The position numbers and the translations under genes are program-made. A stretch of 50,342 nt of DNA from Candidatus Woesearchaeota archaeon. GTDB lineage: Archaea; Nanobdellota; Nanobdellia; SCGC-AAA011-G17; GW2011-AR17. Positions 1 to 8,098 of this stretch are shown piece after piece (the stretch's first letter is position 1; the number at the start of each line of letters is the position of its first letter). Below the pieces are notes generated by a model that was given only the letters and a program-made list of their open reading frames with translations, was not told the origin of the DNA and ran no database searches. The stretch lies in the NCBI GenBank assembly GCA_964621125.1, contig CAZUKZ010000003.1:1-50342 (forward strand). Reading direction: 5' to 3'.

Positions 1-35
1 TGTTTAGATTTTTTACTATGAGATCTTTTTTCATA

Positions 36-347
36 TTATTTAAACTTTATGTTTTGTGAAGAATAAAAAAATCTGTCTTCCATGCCTTCTTCGTCTTCAT
101 AAGAAGGAACAGCTGACTTTGATATTATCAATATGTCACCAATTGCCTTTACTAAGTGATGTGGGACAATGACGCCTTTAGCTCCGCCAAGAACCCTTGT
201 TAAGAATGAGTTCCGAGTAGCCCTAATCCTCCAACCAGAAATCTTATTCCCAGTTATCACAGCCTCTTCTATATCTCCAAAATAATCTCCACTATCTGTA
301 AAGACCTGCATCTCATAAACATCTGTCACCGGTTTTATCTTTAACAT
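36..347 (-). CDS. PRC-barrel domain protein
   Basis: ORF 36..503(-) trimmed to the internal ATG at 347 (MLKIKPVTDVYEMQVF...). The segment GDIEEAVI..GWRI..GAKGVIVPHHLVKAIGDILII resembles archaeal PRC-barrel proteins. The 52-codon N-terminal extension runs into the divergent TraB start and looks non-coding. Confidence 0.55.
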   Translation of the reverse strand: MLKIKPVTDVYEMQVFTDSGDYFGDIEEAVITGNKISGWRIRATRNSFLTRVLGGAKGVIVPHHLVKAIGDILIISKSAVPSYEDEEGMEDRFFYSSQNIKFK

Positions 348-419
348 AATTAAGCCCCCTTTGCGTTTTTGATATAAAGGTAAATCTTTTATACTCTTTA
401 AATACTTTTCTCTTACAGA

Positions 420-1136
420 ATGATGATATTTAAAAACCTTACATTGATAGGGACGTCCCACATCGCCATTGAGAGCGTTAAAGAAGTAAAGAAAGCTATC
501 CAAGAACAGAGGCCAAAAGTAGTTGCTTTGGAGTTGGATAGAGGTCGGTTTTTTGCGTTGATGGGCAAGAAACAGAAACTTAAACTATCCAATATTAAAG
601 ATCTAGGAATTAAAGGTTTTATTTTTACCTTGGTTGGAGCGTGGATTGAAGAGAAGCTTGGGAAGATTGTTGGAGTGAAGCCTGGAACAGAAATGAAAGT
701 GGCGGCAAAAGTTGCTAAAGAAGTTGGAGCCAGGATTGCTTTGGTCGACCAAGAAATCTCTATTACTATCAAACATCTTTTAAAGTATATTACGTGGAAA
801 GAGAAGTGGCACTTTGTTGTAGATTTATTCAAAGGACTAGTTTTAAGGAAAACTGATATAGAACCTTTTGATCTGACTAAGGTTCCTGAAGAGAAAGTTA
901 TCAAGAAGATGGTAAAGCAGTTGAAGAAAAGGTATCCCTCTTTTTATAAAGCCTTGATCTTTGAAAGGAATGTCTTCATGGCAAAAAATTTATATAGGCT
1001 CATGACTGATTTTAAAGAAGAAGATGTATTGGCAGTGGTGGGAGCAGGTCATGAAAAAGACATCATTAGCTTGATAAAAAAGGAGGAGAAAAAATCGTAT
1101 TCAACTACACAGGCAAAGAAAAAAGGGACCTCCTGA
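420..1136 (+). CDS. TraB/PrgY/GumN family protein
   Basis: N-terminal LIGTSHIAIESV..RPKVVALELDRGR and C-terminal VVGAGHEKD motifs are typical of the TraB family. ATG start. Confidence 0.8.
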   Translation: MMIFKNLTLIGTSHIAIESVKEVKKAIQEQRPKVVALELDRGRFFALMGKKQKLKLSNIKDLGIKGFIFTLVGAWIEEKLGKIVGVKPGTEMKVAAKVAKEVGARIALVDQEISITIKHLLKYITWKEKWHFVVDLFKGLVLRKTDIEPFDLTKVPEEKVIKKMVKQLKKRYPSFYKALIFERNVFMAKNLYRLMTDFKEEDVLAVVGAGHEKDIISLIKKEEKKSYSTTQAKKKGTS

Positions 1137-1150
1137 TTGTTATCATAGTA

Positions 1151-1870
1151 TTGACATTTGTCTTTGCGTTTGATGATGGACAAAAGACCTTTGAATGGAG
1201 CCATTGGTTACTTAATTTTCTTAAAGTGTTTGTCATGGCAGGAATTGCTGTCCTAGTACACGACTTTGGGCATGACATTGTTGCAAAAAGATATGGGTTT
1301 CTCTGTGAATTCAAGCTATGGGGTATTAAGAGGTTTAGTTGGAGGCCAAGACCCAGCTTTCCTAGAGAGATTAACATCTTAGGAAAGAAGATTTATTTTG
1401 AATCCTTTCCTATAGGAATTTTTTTGGCTATAGGATTTATGTTAGCAAGTCTAGGACAAATCCCTTTCGCAGCAATGAGCTCTTACAATATAATAATCAA
1501 GAAAACTACCAGGCTAGGTAAAAAGTTCATAGGCGTATCTGACTTTGAAGATGCGAAGATTGCGTTGGCTGGGCCGATGGCCACAGTAATATTATTGATA
1601 ATCGTAAAAATCCTGAATGGATCTGGGTGGTTAGACCAGTTGATGCTAATTGCAGCGGTGATGGTTGGGTTTGATATGTTACCTATTCCTGGGCTTGATG
1701 GATTCAAAGTTCTGGTTGGTTCTAAACAGCTGTATGTATTTGCTGCATTGTTCGTCTATCTGATGATATTCCTGTCTTTTGTGCTAAGCACGTTACCTGC
1801 CATAGCATTGGCTTTATTGTTCTCTATTGTTGCCTTAGTTTTATTTGCTTACTTCAGAGTTTATAAATAG
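1151..1870 (+). CDS. Site-2-protease (M50)-like membrane protein with HDxxH variant motif
   Basis: Polytopic membrane ORF. HDFGH sits in the first TM where M50 proteases carry HExxH, and a downstream MLPIPGLDG matches the NxxPxxxLDG-type motif. The start is uncertain: TTG at 1151 or ATG at 1235. Confidence 0.55.
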   Translation: MTFVFAFDDGQKTFEWSHWLLNFLKVFVMAGIAVLVHDFGHDIVAKRYGFLCEFKLWGIKRFSWRPRPSFPREINILGKKIYFESFPIGIFLAIGFMLASLGQIPFAAMSSYNIIIKKTTRLGKKFIGVSDFEDAKIALAGPMATVILLIIVKILNGSGWLDQLMLIAAVMVGFDMLPIPGLDGFKVLVGSKQLYVFAALFVYLMIFLSFVLSTLPAIALALLFSIVALVLFAYFRVYK

Positions 1871-1938
1871 AAACTCATTTTATGAGTAAGATTTAAGTAG
1901 GTATAGTCAAAAACTTTAATTATTGGAAGTAATTGAAC

Positions 1939-2376
1939 ATGCCACAAGATATAAACTTTATACAATGTGATGATGGGGAAGGTAGGTTGGAGGTTATTGC
2001 ACAAACTCAAACTCATAAAGGGATGCAATATGGAGACCCAATAGAATCAACGTTTTTTTATAAATGTACACATTGTCAGGGGATTTTCTATGGGAATGGG
2101 GCATCTGAATCAGACTCTGTTCAAGCTTCTACTATCGAGCCTTATGACGGTCAATTGACAGAACAAGAGATAAGAGAATTTATGCCAGAAGAAAAAGGCA
2201 ACTTTTACCTTTCTGATGAAGATAATATCATGGCTAAGTCTAGGCCGGAAAAGTTTGAAAGGAAAGTCCGAGTTGTGGAAATAGATGGTTGTGCTTATGC
2301 TAGCGTGCCACACAATTTTATAGGGCAGATAGTTCTTGTCAAAGGGCAATCTAGGGAAAGTACAGAATCGCCTTAA
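1939..2376 (+). CDS. hypothetical protein
   Basis: ORF with ATG at 1939 (the track start at 1933 is TTG). No recognised motif apart from a single CTHC. Confidence 0.4.
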   Translation: MPQDINFIQCDDGEGRLEVIAQTQTHKGMQYGDPIESTFFYKCTHCQGIFYGNGASESDSVQASTIEPYDGQLTEQEIREFMPEEKGNFYLSDEDNIMAKSRPEKFERKVRVVEIDGCAYASVPHNFIGQIVLVKGQSRESTESP

Positions 2377-2441
2377 GCTTTATAAATAGAAGCTTACATA
2401 AATACTAACATTTTTAAATCTTCATTTAATACCTTGTAAAT

Positions 2442-3506
2442 ATGAATTGGTGGCTTGTAATATTGGGGGTACTTACAGCTATAGTCGTATTCCTGTACTA
2501 TATCAACTTATTGGGACCTGTGCTATTTGTTATAGCTATAGTCGGCTTAGCCTATCTTTTCTACAAAAAATGTGTAAAAAAACTTGAGCCTTTTGAAGCT
2601 GCATTAGTTTATAGGTTTGGAAGATATCATCGAACTTCTCCTTCAGGATGGACAATTGTGTTACCATGGTTTGAAAGAATGGGTGCAGTCGTTGACATGA
2701 GAGAATGGCAGGATTTTATTCCTATCACAGTCATAACCAAGGAAGGATTAAGGGTTAGGTTGAATGCAGTCGTTTACTCTTTCATTAATAATGCAAAAAA
2801 AGCCGTCTTAAATGTACAAGATTATAGGTCTTCATTAGTTAACTTAATTGAAAGTAGAGTTAGGGATATAACTGGCGATTTTAGTTTTACTCAATTATTT
2901 GTCAATGTCGAGGATGTATCTAAATTATTACAGCAACAATTAAACAAATCTTTAGATATTTGGGGAATTACCTTGAACATGTTTGAGATCGAGAAGATAC
3001 AACCTCCGGAAGAAGTCATGGATGCTATCAGTGGAGTAAAAGTAGCTGAAAAAAATCTTGCTGCCAAAAAGTTCAATGCAGAAGCAAGGAAGGTATTGGT
3101 AAATGCTTTAGGTGAAGGTACCCAGACGTTTGACGATAGGACAACTTCTTATCTCTATATTAAAGCCTTAGAGAATATGAAATCAGCGAAGATGATGATG
3201 CCTGCAGAGTTCATGGATGTCATGTCCCCATCTAAAGCTGGTGCAAAACCTAATGGGAATAATTTAGTAAAAGGTATGGTTGCGGGAACAACTTTCAATA
3301 AAGCCATGGGTATGATTGGAGAAGTTGTGGAAGGGGAGGCAACAATTCCTGAAGATCAACTTGAGACTCTTGTAGATCATGGGAAAGAGATAAGTGAAAA
3401 TGAAGATTATCTTAAGTATCAAGATGAAGCAGCCGTAGGCGGGTTTGATGGGTTGGATGGAGAGTATGACGGAACAAATAAAGAATACGTAAACAAGGAT
3501 GATTAG
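2442..3506 (+). CDS. SPFH/band-7 (stomatin/prohibitin-like) membrane protein
   Basis: N-terminal TM followed by FEAALVYRFGRY...GWTIVLPWFERM..VDMRE...ITKEGLRV, typical of the SPFH domain. Long acidic C-terminal tail. Confidence 0.85.
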   Translation: MNWWLVILGVLTAIVVFLYYINLLGPVLFVIAIVGLAYLFYKKCVKKLEPFEAALVYRFGRYHRTSPSGWTIVLPWFERMGAVVDMREWQDFIPITVITKEGLRVRLNAVVYSFINNAKKAVLNVQDYRSSLVNLIESRVRDITGDFSFTQLFVNVEDVSKLLQQQLNKSLDIWGITLNMFEIEKIQPPEEVMDAISGVKVAEKNLAAKKFNAEARKVLVNALGEGTQTFDDRTTSYLYIKALENMKSAKMMMPAEFMDVMSPSKAGAKPNGNNLVKGMVAGTTFNKAMGMIGEVVEGEATIPEDQLETLVDHGKEISENEDYLKYQDEAAVGGFDGLDGEYDGTNKEYVNKDD

Positions 3507-3781
3507 AAAAGACTTTTTACTCCCTTCTGTAACAGCCAGACCATTAATAAAGAATTAAGCCACCACCACATGCTGTATCCATAAAGCATTGCTCCAAAAG
3601 ATAAAGCTACCACAAAATCTAAAATACTTGCCCAACTTTTATGAAATGTTATAGCTTTGATTATAATGTATCCGACCAACACATAAGCAAGAGGTCTAAC
3701 ATATTGCCAATTAATGGCTAAAGCAAATAAAGTGGCTGCTGCCAATATGTCTATAAGACCCAATACCTTAACTAAGACCAT
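3503..3781 (-). CDS. small integral membrane protein (3 predicted TM), unknown function
   Basis: 92-aa hydrophobic ORF, convergent with the SPFH gene and overlapping its stop by 4 nt. Confidence 0.45.
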   Translation of the reverse strand: MVLVKVLGLIDILAAATLFALAINWQYVRPLAYVLVGYIIIKAITFHKSWASILDFVVALSFGAMLYGYSMWWWLNSLLMVWLLQKGVKSLF

Positions 3782-3835
3782 ATTTTAAATCATGCTTCAT
3801 ATTATTTATAAGCGTTGTGAAATGGCACTTAAAAA

Positions 3836-3872
3836 TTCACTGGACACGACAAACACGCGTAGCATTTATATA
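3836..3872 (+). promoter_or_regulatory. Conserved 23-nt motif (copy 1, 3841-3863 TGGACACGACAAACACGCGTAGC) fused to TATA-like box ATTTATATA, upstream of hef
   Basis: Near-identical copies lie at 32444-32466(+) and 42784-42806(-), each in the same position and orientation relative to a TATA box and a downstream gene. Confidence 0.6.
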
Positions 3873-3908
3873 GAAAACATGTAAACCATATGGTGAAGAG
3901 GGATAATA

Positions 3909-6125
3909 ATGTATGATATCAAGGATTTCACGCCGAGGCTGTACCAAGAGACAATATTCCATACAGCAAAAATGAAAAATACATTAATTGTCATCCCCAC
4001 AGGAATGGGAAAGACTAAACTAGCAATACTCACAGCGGTTGAAAGACTCAAGACCCATCCTGAATCTAAAATTATATTTCTCACACCCACAAAACCCTTA
4101 GCTTCCCAAATCTGTACGGAATTCAAAGAAAACACAACTATAGAAGATGATAAAATTGTTCTCTTTACAGGAACCATAAGTCCGGAGGAAAGGGAAAAGA
4201 AGTCTAAAGAAGCAACAGTGATTGTATCTACTCCTCAAACTTGTGCTAATGATATTGTTAATCGGAGATTAGACCTTAGTGATGTCAGCTGCTTAGTAGT
4301 AGATGAGGCACATATGGCAGTGGGGAACTATGACTATTGTTTTGTAAGCAAACAATACAACAAGCTGGCAAGGTACCCCAGAATAATAGGCCTTACAGCA
4401 TCACCAGGATCTAAACTAAGTGAGATAATGGAAGTGTGTAAGAACCTCCATATAGAGGAAGTTGAAGTAAGGACACATGATGATCCTGATGTTAAACCGT
4501 ACATCCAAGAAATGGACATAGAATATGTGCAGATAAATCTTCCTAAAGGATTCTTAGAAATCAAAAATTTCCTATCAGACTGCTTGAAATCGAAACTTGC
4601 GAGATTAAAAGAATTTGGCTATGTGAATTCTAATACTAACATTTCAAAAGGAGAACTTCTTGGAATACAGAAAGATCTTCAGAAAAGAGTTCTGGGAGGA
4701 GAAAAGGATTATACAATTTGGACGGCTCTGTCTGTATTGGCTGAAGCGATCAAGGTACACCACGCCTCAGGATTACTTGAAAGTCAAAGCTTGGCAGCTC
4801 TAATGAAGTATTTCAATAAGGTATTTACAGAGGCTGAAAAAGGTAAGACCAAAGCCACAAAGAATCTAGCCATCGACCTAAATTTCAAATCAGCTTTTGT
4901 GAAAGCCAAAACATTGTTTGAAGAAAATATTGAACACCCCAAGTTAGAAAGACTAGGAGATATAATAAAAGACAAAATAAAAGATAAGCCTGATTCAAAG
5001 TTCATTGTATTTACACAGTTCAGAGACTCAGCTTCCAAGATTGTTGAAGAACTTCAAAAGCAAGATGTTAATGCTAAAATATTTGTAGGGCAGCTAAAGA
5101 AAGGCAATACCGGAATGAGCCAGAAAGAACAGATAGAAGTATTAGAAGAATTTAGGGATGGAATGTACACTGCACTTATAATGACGTCTGTAGGAGAATT
5201 AGGTTTGGACATACCATCTGTAGATTGCGTTATATTCTATGAACCAATCCCTTCTGCCATCAGGAGCATACAGAGAAGAGGGAGAACGGCCAGGCATGAC
5301 AAGGGGGAGGTTAAGGTCTTAGTCACCAAAAACACTATTGATGAAGCGTATAGGTGGACTGCACACCATAAGGAAAAACGAATGTATAGAACAATTGCTG
5401 ACCTTAAAGACAAACTGAAGTTAACTAGAACCAAACAACCCACATTACAGGATTTTTCTAAGGAAGAAAAGATAAGGATTTATGCTGACAGCAGGGAACA
5501 GGCTTCTGGAATTGTAAGGGAGTTAGCTGACAAAGGAGTTGATATCAGTTGCAAGAACCTATTAGTAGGAGATTTTATCCTTGGATCTGGGGAGATTGGA
5601 GTAGAAAGAAAAGAAGTCAAAGATTTTGTAAGTTCTATCATTGATAAAAGACTGTTACAACAAGTCAAAGACCTGAAAAGGAATTTTGATAAGCCTTTAG
5701 TGATAATAGAAGGTGTTGAAGACTTATATGCTGTGAGAAAGATACATCCAAATGCTATTAGGGGAATGCTTTCAACAATAGCAATATCCTATGGCATACC
5801 TATACTCTATACAAAAAATATCCAAGATACTGCTGAGTTATTGATGACCATTGGAAAGAGGGCATTGAATAATGGGAAAAAGGATATTGGGGTGAGGTTA
5901 GATAAGAAACCCCTAACAACAAAGGAACAGCAAGAATTTATTGTTGAATCATTGCCCGGGGTTGGGCCTTCTTTGGCTAAGTCATTGCTTCAAAAGTTTA
6001 GAACTGTTAAAGAAGTGATAAACGCTAAAGAAGAACATCTGAAAGAAGTGGAAAAATTAGGGGATAAGAAAGCTGGTGAAATAAGAGGGATTGTACATGA
6101 AGTCTATCCTAACGAAGAATTCTGA
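3909..6125 (+). CDS. hef: Hef helicase/nuclease (SF2 helicase + ERCC4/XPF nuclease + HhH2)
   Basis: Helicase motifs PTGMGKT, DEAH and QRRGRTAR. The C-terminal nuclease carries GDF..GVERKEVKDF (the GDXnERKX3D motif). A terminal LPGVGPSLAKSLL helix-hairpin-helix is present. Confidence 0.9.
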   Translation: MYDIKDFTPRLYQETIFHTAKMKNTLIVIPTGMGKTKLAILTAVERLKTHPESKIIFLTPTKPLASQICTEFKENTTIEDDKIVLFTGTISPEEREKKSKEATVIVSTPQTCANDIVNRRLDLSDVSCLVVDEAHMAVGNYDYCFVSKQYNKLARYPRIIGLTASPGSKLSEIMEVCKNLHIEEVEVRTHDDPDVKPYIQEMDIEYVQINLPKGFLEIKNFLSDCLKSKLARLKEFGYVNSNTNISKGELLGIQKDLQKRVLGGEKDYTIWTALSVLAEAIKVHHASGLLESQSLAALMKYFNKVFTEAEKGKTKATKNLAIDLNFKSAFVKAKTLFEENIEHPKLERLGDIIKDKIKDKPDSKFIVFTQFRDSASKIVEELQKQDVNAKIFVGQLKKGNTGMSQKEQIEVLEEFRDGMYTALIMTSVGELGLDIPSVDCVIFYEPIPSAIRSIQRRGRTARHDKGEVKVLVTKNTIDEAYRWTAHHKEKRMYRTIADLKDKLKLTRTKQPTLQDFSKEEKIRIYADSREQASGIVRELADKGVDISCKNLLVGDFILGSGEIGVERKEVKDFVSSIIDKRLLQQVKDLKRNFDKPLVIIEGVEDLYAVRKIHPNAIRGMLSTIAISYGIPILYTKNIQDTAELLMTIGKRALNNGKKDIGVRLDKKPLTTKEQQEFIVESLPGVGPSLAKSLLQKFRTVKEVINAKEEHLKEVEKLGDKKAGEIRGIVHEVYPNEEF

Positions 6126-6182
6126 TTTTAAAAGCATAATCTTTAAAAAAACATATTGATTTTCCGGTTAAATAGAAGTAAA

Positions 6183-6479
6183 ATGAAAACTTTTCACGAG
6201 TACTGGTTTGAACTTGATAAGCCACTTAAATGGGGGACAGGCCATGAAGATGTCAGAACAAGTTATAATTCTGCAAAATTGTATATCCAAGGAATAGGGA
6301 AAGAAGGCCCGATGACTCAAATTTCTGTTAGGTGTAGTGATTGTGCCTTGACTCTTATAATGGAAACTTCACTTTCCACAAATGAGGAAAAAGATCTTCT
6401 TGAACTAATCAATCTTAAAAAAGAAAAAAGAAAATACAATCCCGCGACCCATACCACCATTACGTTTGAAGGATTCTAG
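6183..6479 (+). CDS. hypothetical protein
   Basis: ORF with ATG at 6183 (the track start at 6156 is TTG). No recognised domain. Confidence 0.4.
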   Translation: MKTFHEYWFELDKPLKWGTGHEDVRTSYNSAKLYIQGIGKEGPMTQISVRCSDCALTLIMETSLSTNEEKDLLELINLKKEKRKYNPATHTTITFEGF

Positions 6480-6518
6480 AAACGGAAATATTTTAAATAT
6501 TAAACACTTGAGTATAAT

Positions 6519-6776
6519 ATGCCATCCAAACTAGAGAAGGAAATATTGACAATTAAAAAAAGAAACAAACGTGTTGAAACAGATAAAGCTTGGGAAACAA
6601 GTATAACAAGGAAAATAATCATTGCAATATTAACCTATTTTGTAATCGTACTATTCTTCTTTTTTGCTGGACTTCCTAAACCTTTCATCAATTCAATAGT
6701 ACCTACTGCAGGATTTGTGTTTTCTACGCTCTCACTGCCACATTTTAAGAAGTTATGGATTAAGTATGTTCGTTGA
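6519..6776 (+). CDS. small membrane protein, unknown function
   Basis: 85-aa ORF with a basic N-terminus and two hydrophobic segments. Its 3' end overlaps the convergent ligT by 24 nt. Confidence 0.4.
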   Translation: MPSKLEKEILTIKKRNKRVETDKAWETSITRKIIIAILTYFVIVLFFFFAGLPKPFINSIVPTAGFVFSTLSLPHFKKLWIKYVR

Positions 6777-7304
6777 ATACTCTTCCAAAACTTTGTAATG
6801 AGGACCTTCCCGTGCCAACTCACTCTTGACCAACTGAAAAGAATTAATTTCAAACTCCAGTGGCTCTATCTTTACATCCTCTAACATATTTTTGAACTCA
6901 GGCTTCTTTTTGACTAACTTTACTCGACCCAAAGTTAAGTGAGACTTAAACTTCTGCTCAGAAGGAAATAAATCAATTAGTTCTGCATCAACTGTTTCTT
7001 GTAACTTGATAACTTCTTTCTCTGGCTTCAAACCCACCCAGATTACACGGATGAAATCGTAGTCAGGAAACACCCCCAAATCCCCCAATCTAACTTTCAG
7101 CTTAGAGAACTTTACTTTTTTCAGCCTTTCCTTTATCTCTTCAACCTTAGAATCCTCAACATCACCTATAAACTTCAATGACAAATGGAGATTCTTCTTC
7201 TCAACAAATTTGATCTTAGCCAAGTTAGAATGAATCTTTCCCTGCAGATTGTATAAATAGTCTTTTATCTCTTTAGGTAAGTCTACACCTATGAACAACC
7301 TCAT
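6753..7304 (-). CDS. ligT: 2H-family RNA 2',3'-cyclic phosphodiesterase / 2'-5' RNA ligase
   Basis: Two HxT/Sx motifs (HLSLKF and HLTLGRV) at the expected spacing. The start was moved to MRLFIGVDLP (ATG at 7304), directly after the upstream gene's stop. Confidence 0.8.
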   Translation of the reverse strand: MRLFIGVDLPKEIKDYLYNLQGKIHSNLAKIKFVEKKNLHLSLKFIGDVEDSKVEEIKERLKKVKFSKLKVRLGDLGVFPDYDFIRVIWVGLKPEKEVIKLQETVDAELIDLFPSEQKFKSHLTLGRVKLVKKKPEFKNMLEDVKIEPLEFEINSFQLVKSELAREGPHYKVLEEYSTNILNP

Positions 7305-7305
7305 C

Positions 7306-8073
7306 CTACAACAACTCCACAACAAGTTTTGCAGCCAGTTTTACAGTCATGTTGTTTACGTCCTTTGCAGGGTTGACCTCAACTAAGTCCATGCTTTTAA
7401 GGTTCTTTAAGAGTTTTAGTCTCTGGACAAAATAAATCATTTCTCTACTTGACAAACCACCTGGCTCTGTATATCCTGTGCCCGGAGCGAAGGCTGGGTC
7501 AACAGCATCTATGTCTAAAGATAAGTATAGGCTGTCAAACTCCCTAGCCCATTCCATCACACCATCACAAACATTTGTTAAGTTATTGAAAAGTTGCTTA
7601 GCAGTAATATATCTTATATTATTTTCTTTCAAAAATTTAAATTCGTTAACGTGCCAATTCCTCACTCCAACAATTATTACATTTTTTGAATTCAACACCC
7701 CTTCTTTCATCAGCACCTTAACAAAATCCTCGTGTGTTGGGGGAGAGAAATCATTCTCACAGTCTGGGTGTGCATCGAATATGATTAATCCAGGATTCTT
7801 ATTCCTTTTTGCAAAACCTTTAAACAAGGAGTAAGTAATAGAATGATCTCCACCTATGAATACAGCATCTTTCTCTGCTTTCTTTTCAATGTTCTTGTTA
7901 GTCTCTTCTATATTACCTTCTACTATCTCAACATCCTCAACATTACAGAAGTGTTTATTACCTGATTCGTTCAAGTAAAATTCCTTGATTGACTCAACTA
8001 TTAATTCTGGGGCTTTCTCACTACCCTTCTTGTCCAATGCTCCTTGTGATGTGGGAACCTTTACCAGTAACAT
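7306..8073 (-). CDS. arginase/agmatinase-family ureohydrolase
   Basis: The Mn-binding motifs GGDHSITY, DAHPD and SLDIDAVDPAFAPGTG are all present. The protein is short (255 aa) for the family. Confidence 0.8.
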   Translation of the reverse strand: MLLVKVPTSQGALDKKGSEKAPELIVESIKEFYLNESGNKHFCNVEDVEIVEGNIEETNKNIEKKAEKDAVFIGGDHSITYSLFKGFAKRNKNPGLIIFDAHPDCENDFSPPTHEDFVKVLMKEGVLNSKNVIIVGVRNWHVNEFKFLKENNIRYITAKQLFNNLTNVCDGVMEWAREFDSLYLSLDIDAVDPAFAPGTGYTEPGGLSSREMIYFVQRLKLLKNLKSMDLVEVNPAKDVNNMTVKLAAKLVVELL

Positions 8074-8098
8074 TTTATTGAGAATTTAGGTAAGAAGT

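Noticed and set aside
413-904. 163-aa ORF on the minus strand
   Set aside because: It is entirely antisense to the well-supported TraB gene. The sequence is low-complexity and hydrophobic, typical of a shadow ORF in AT-rich DNA.
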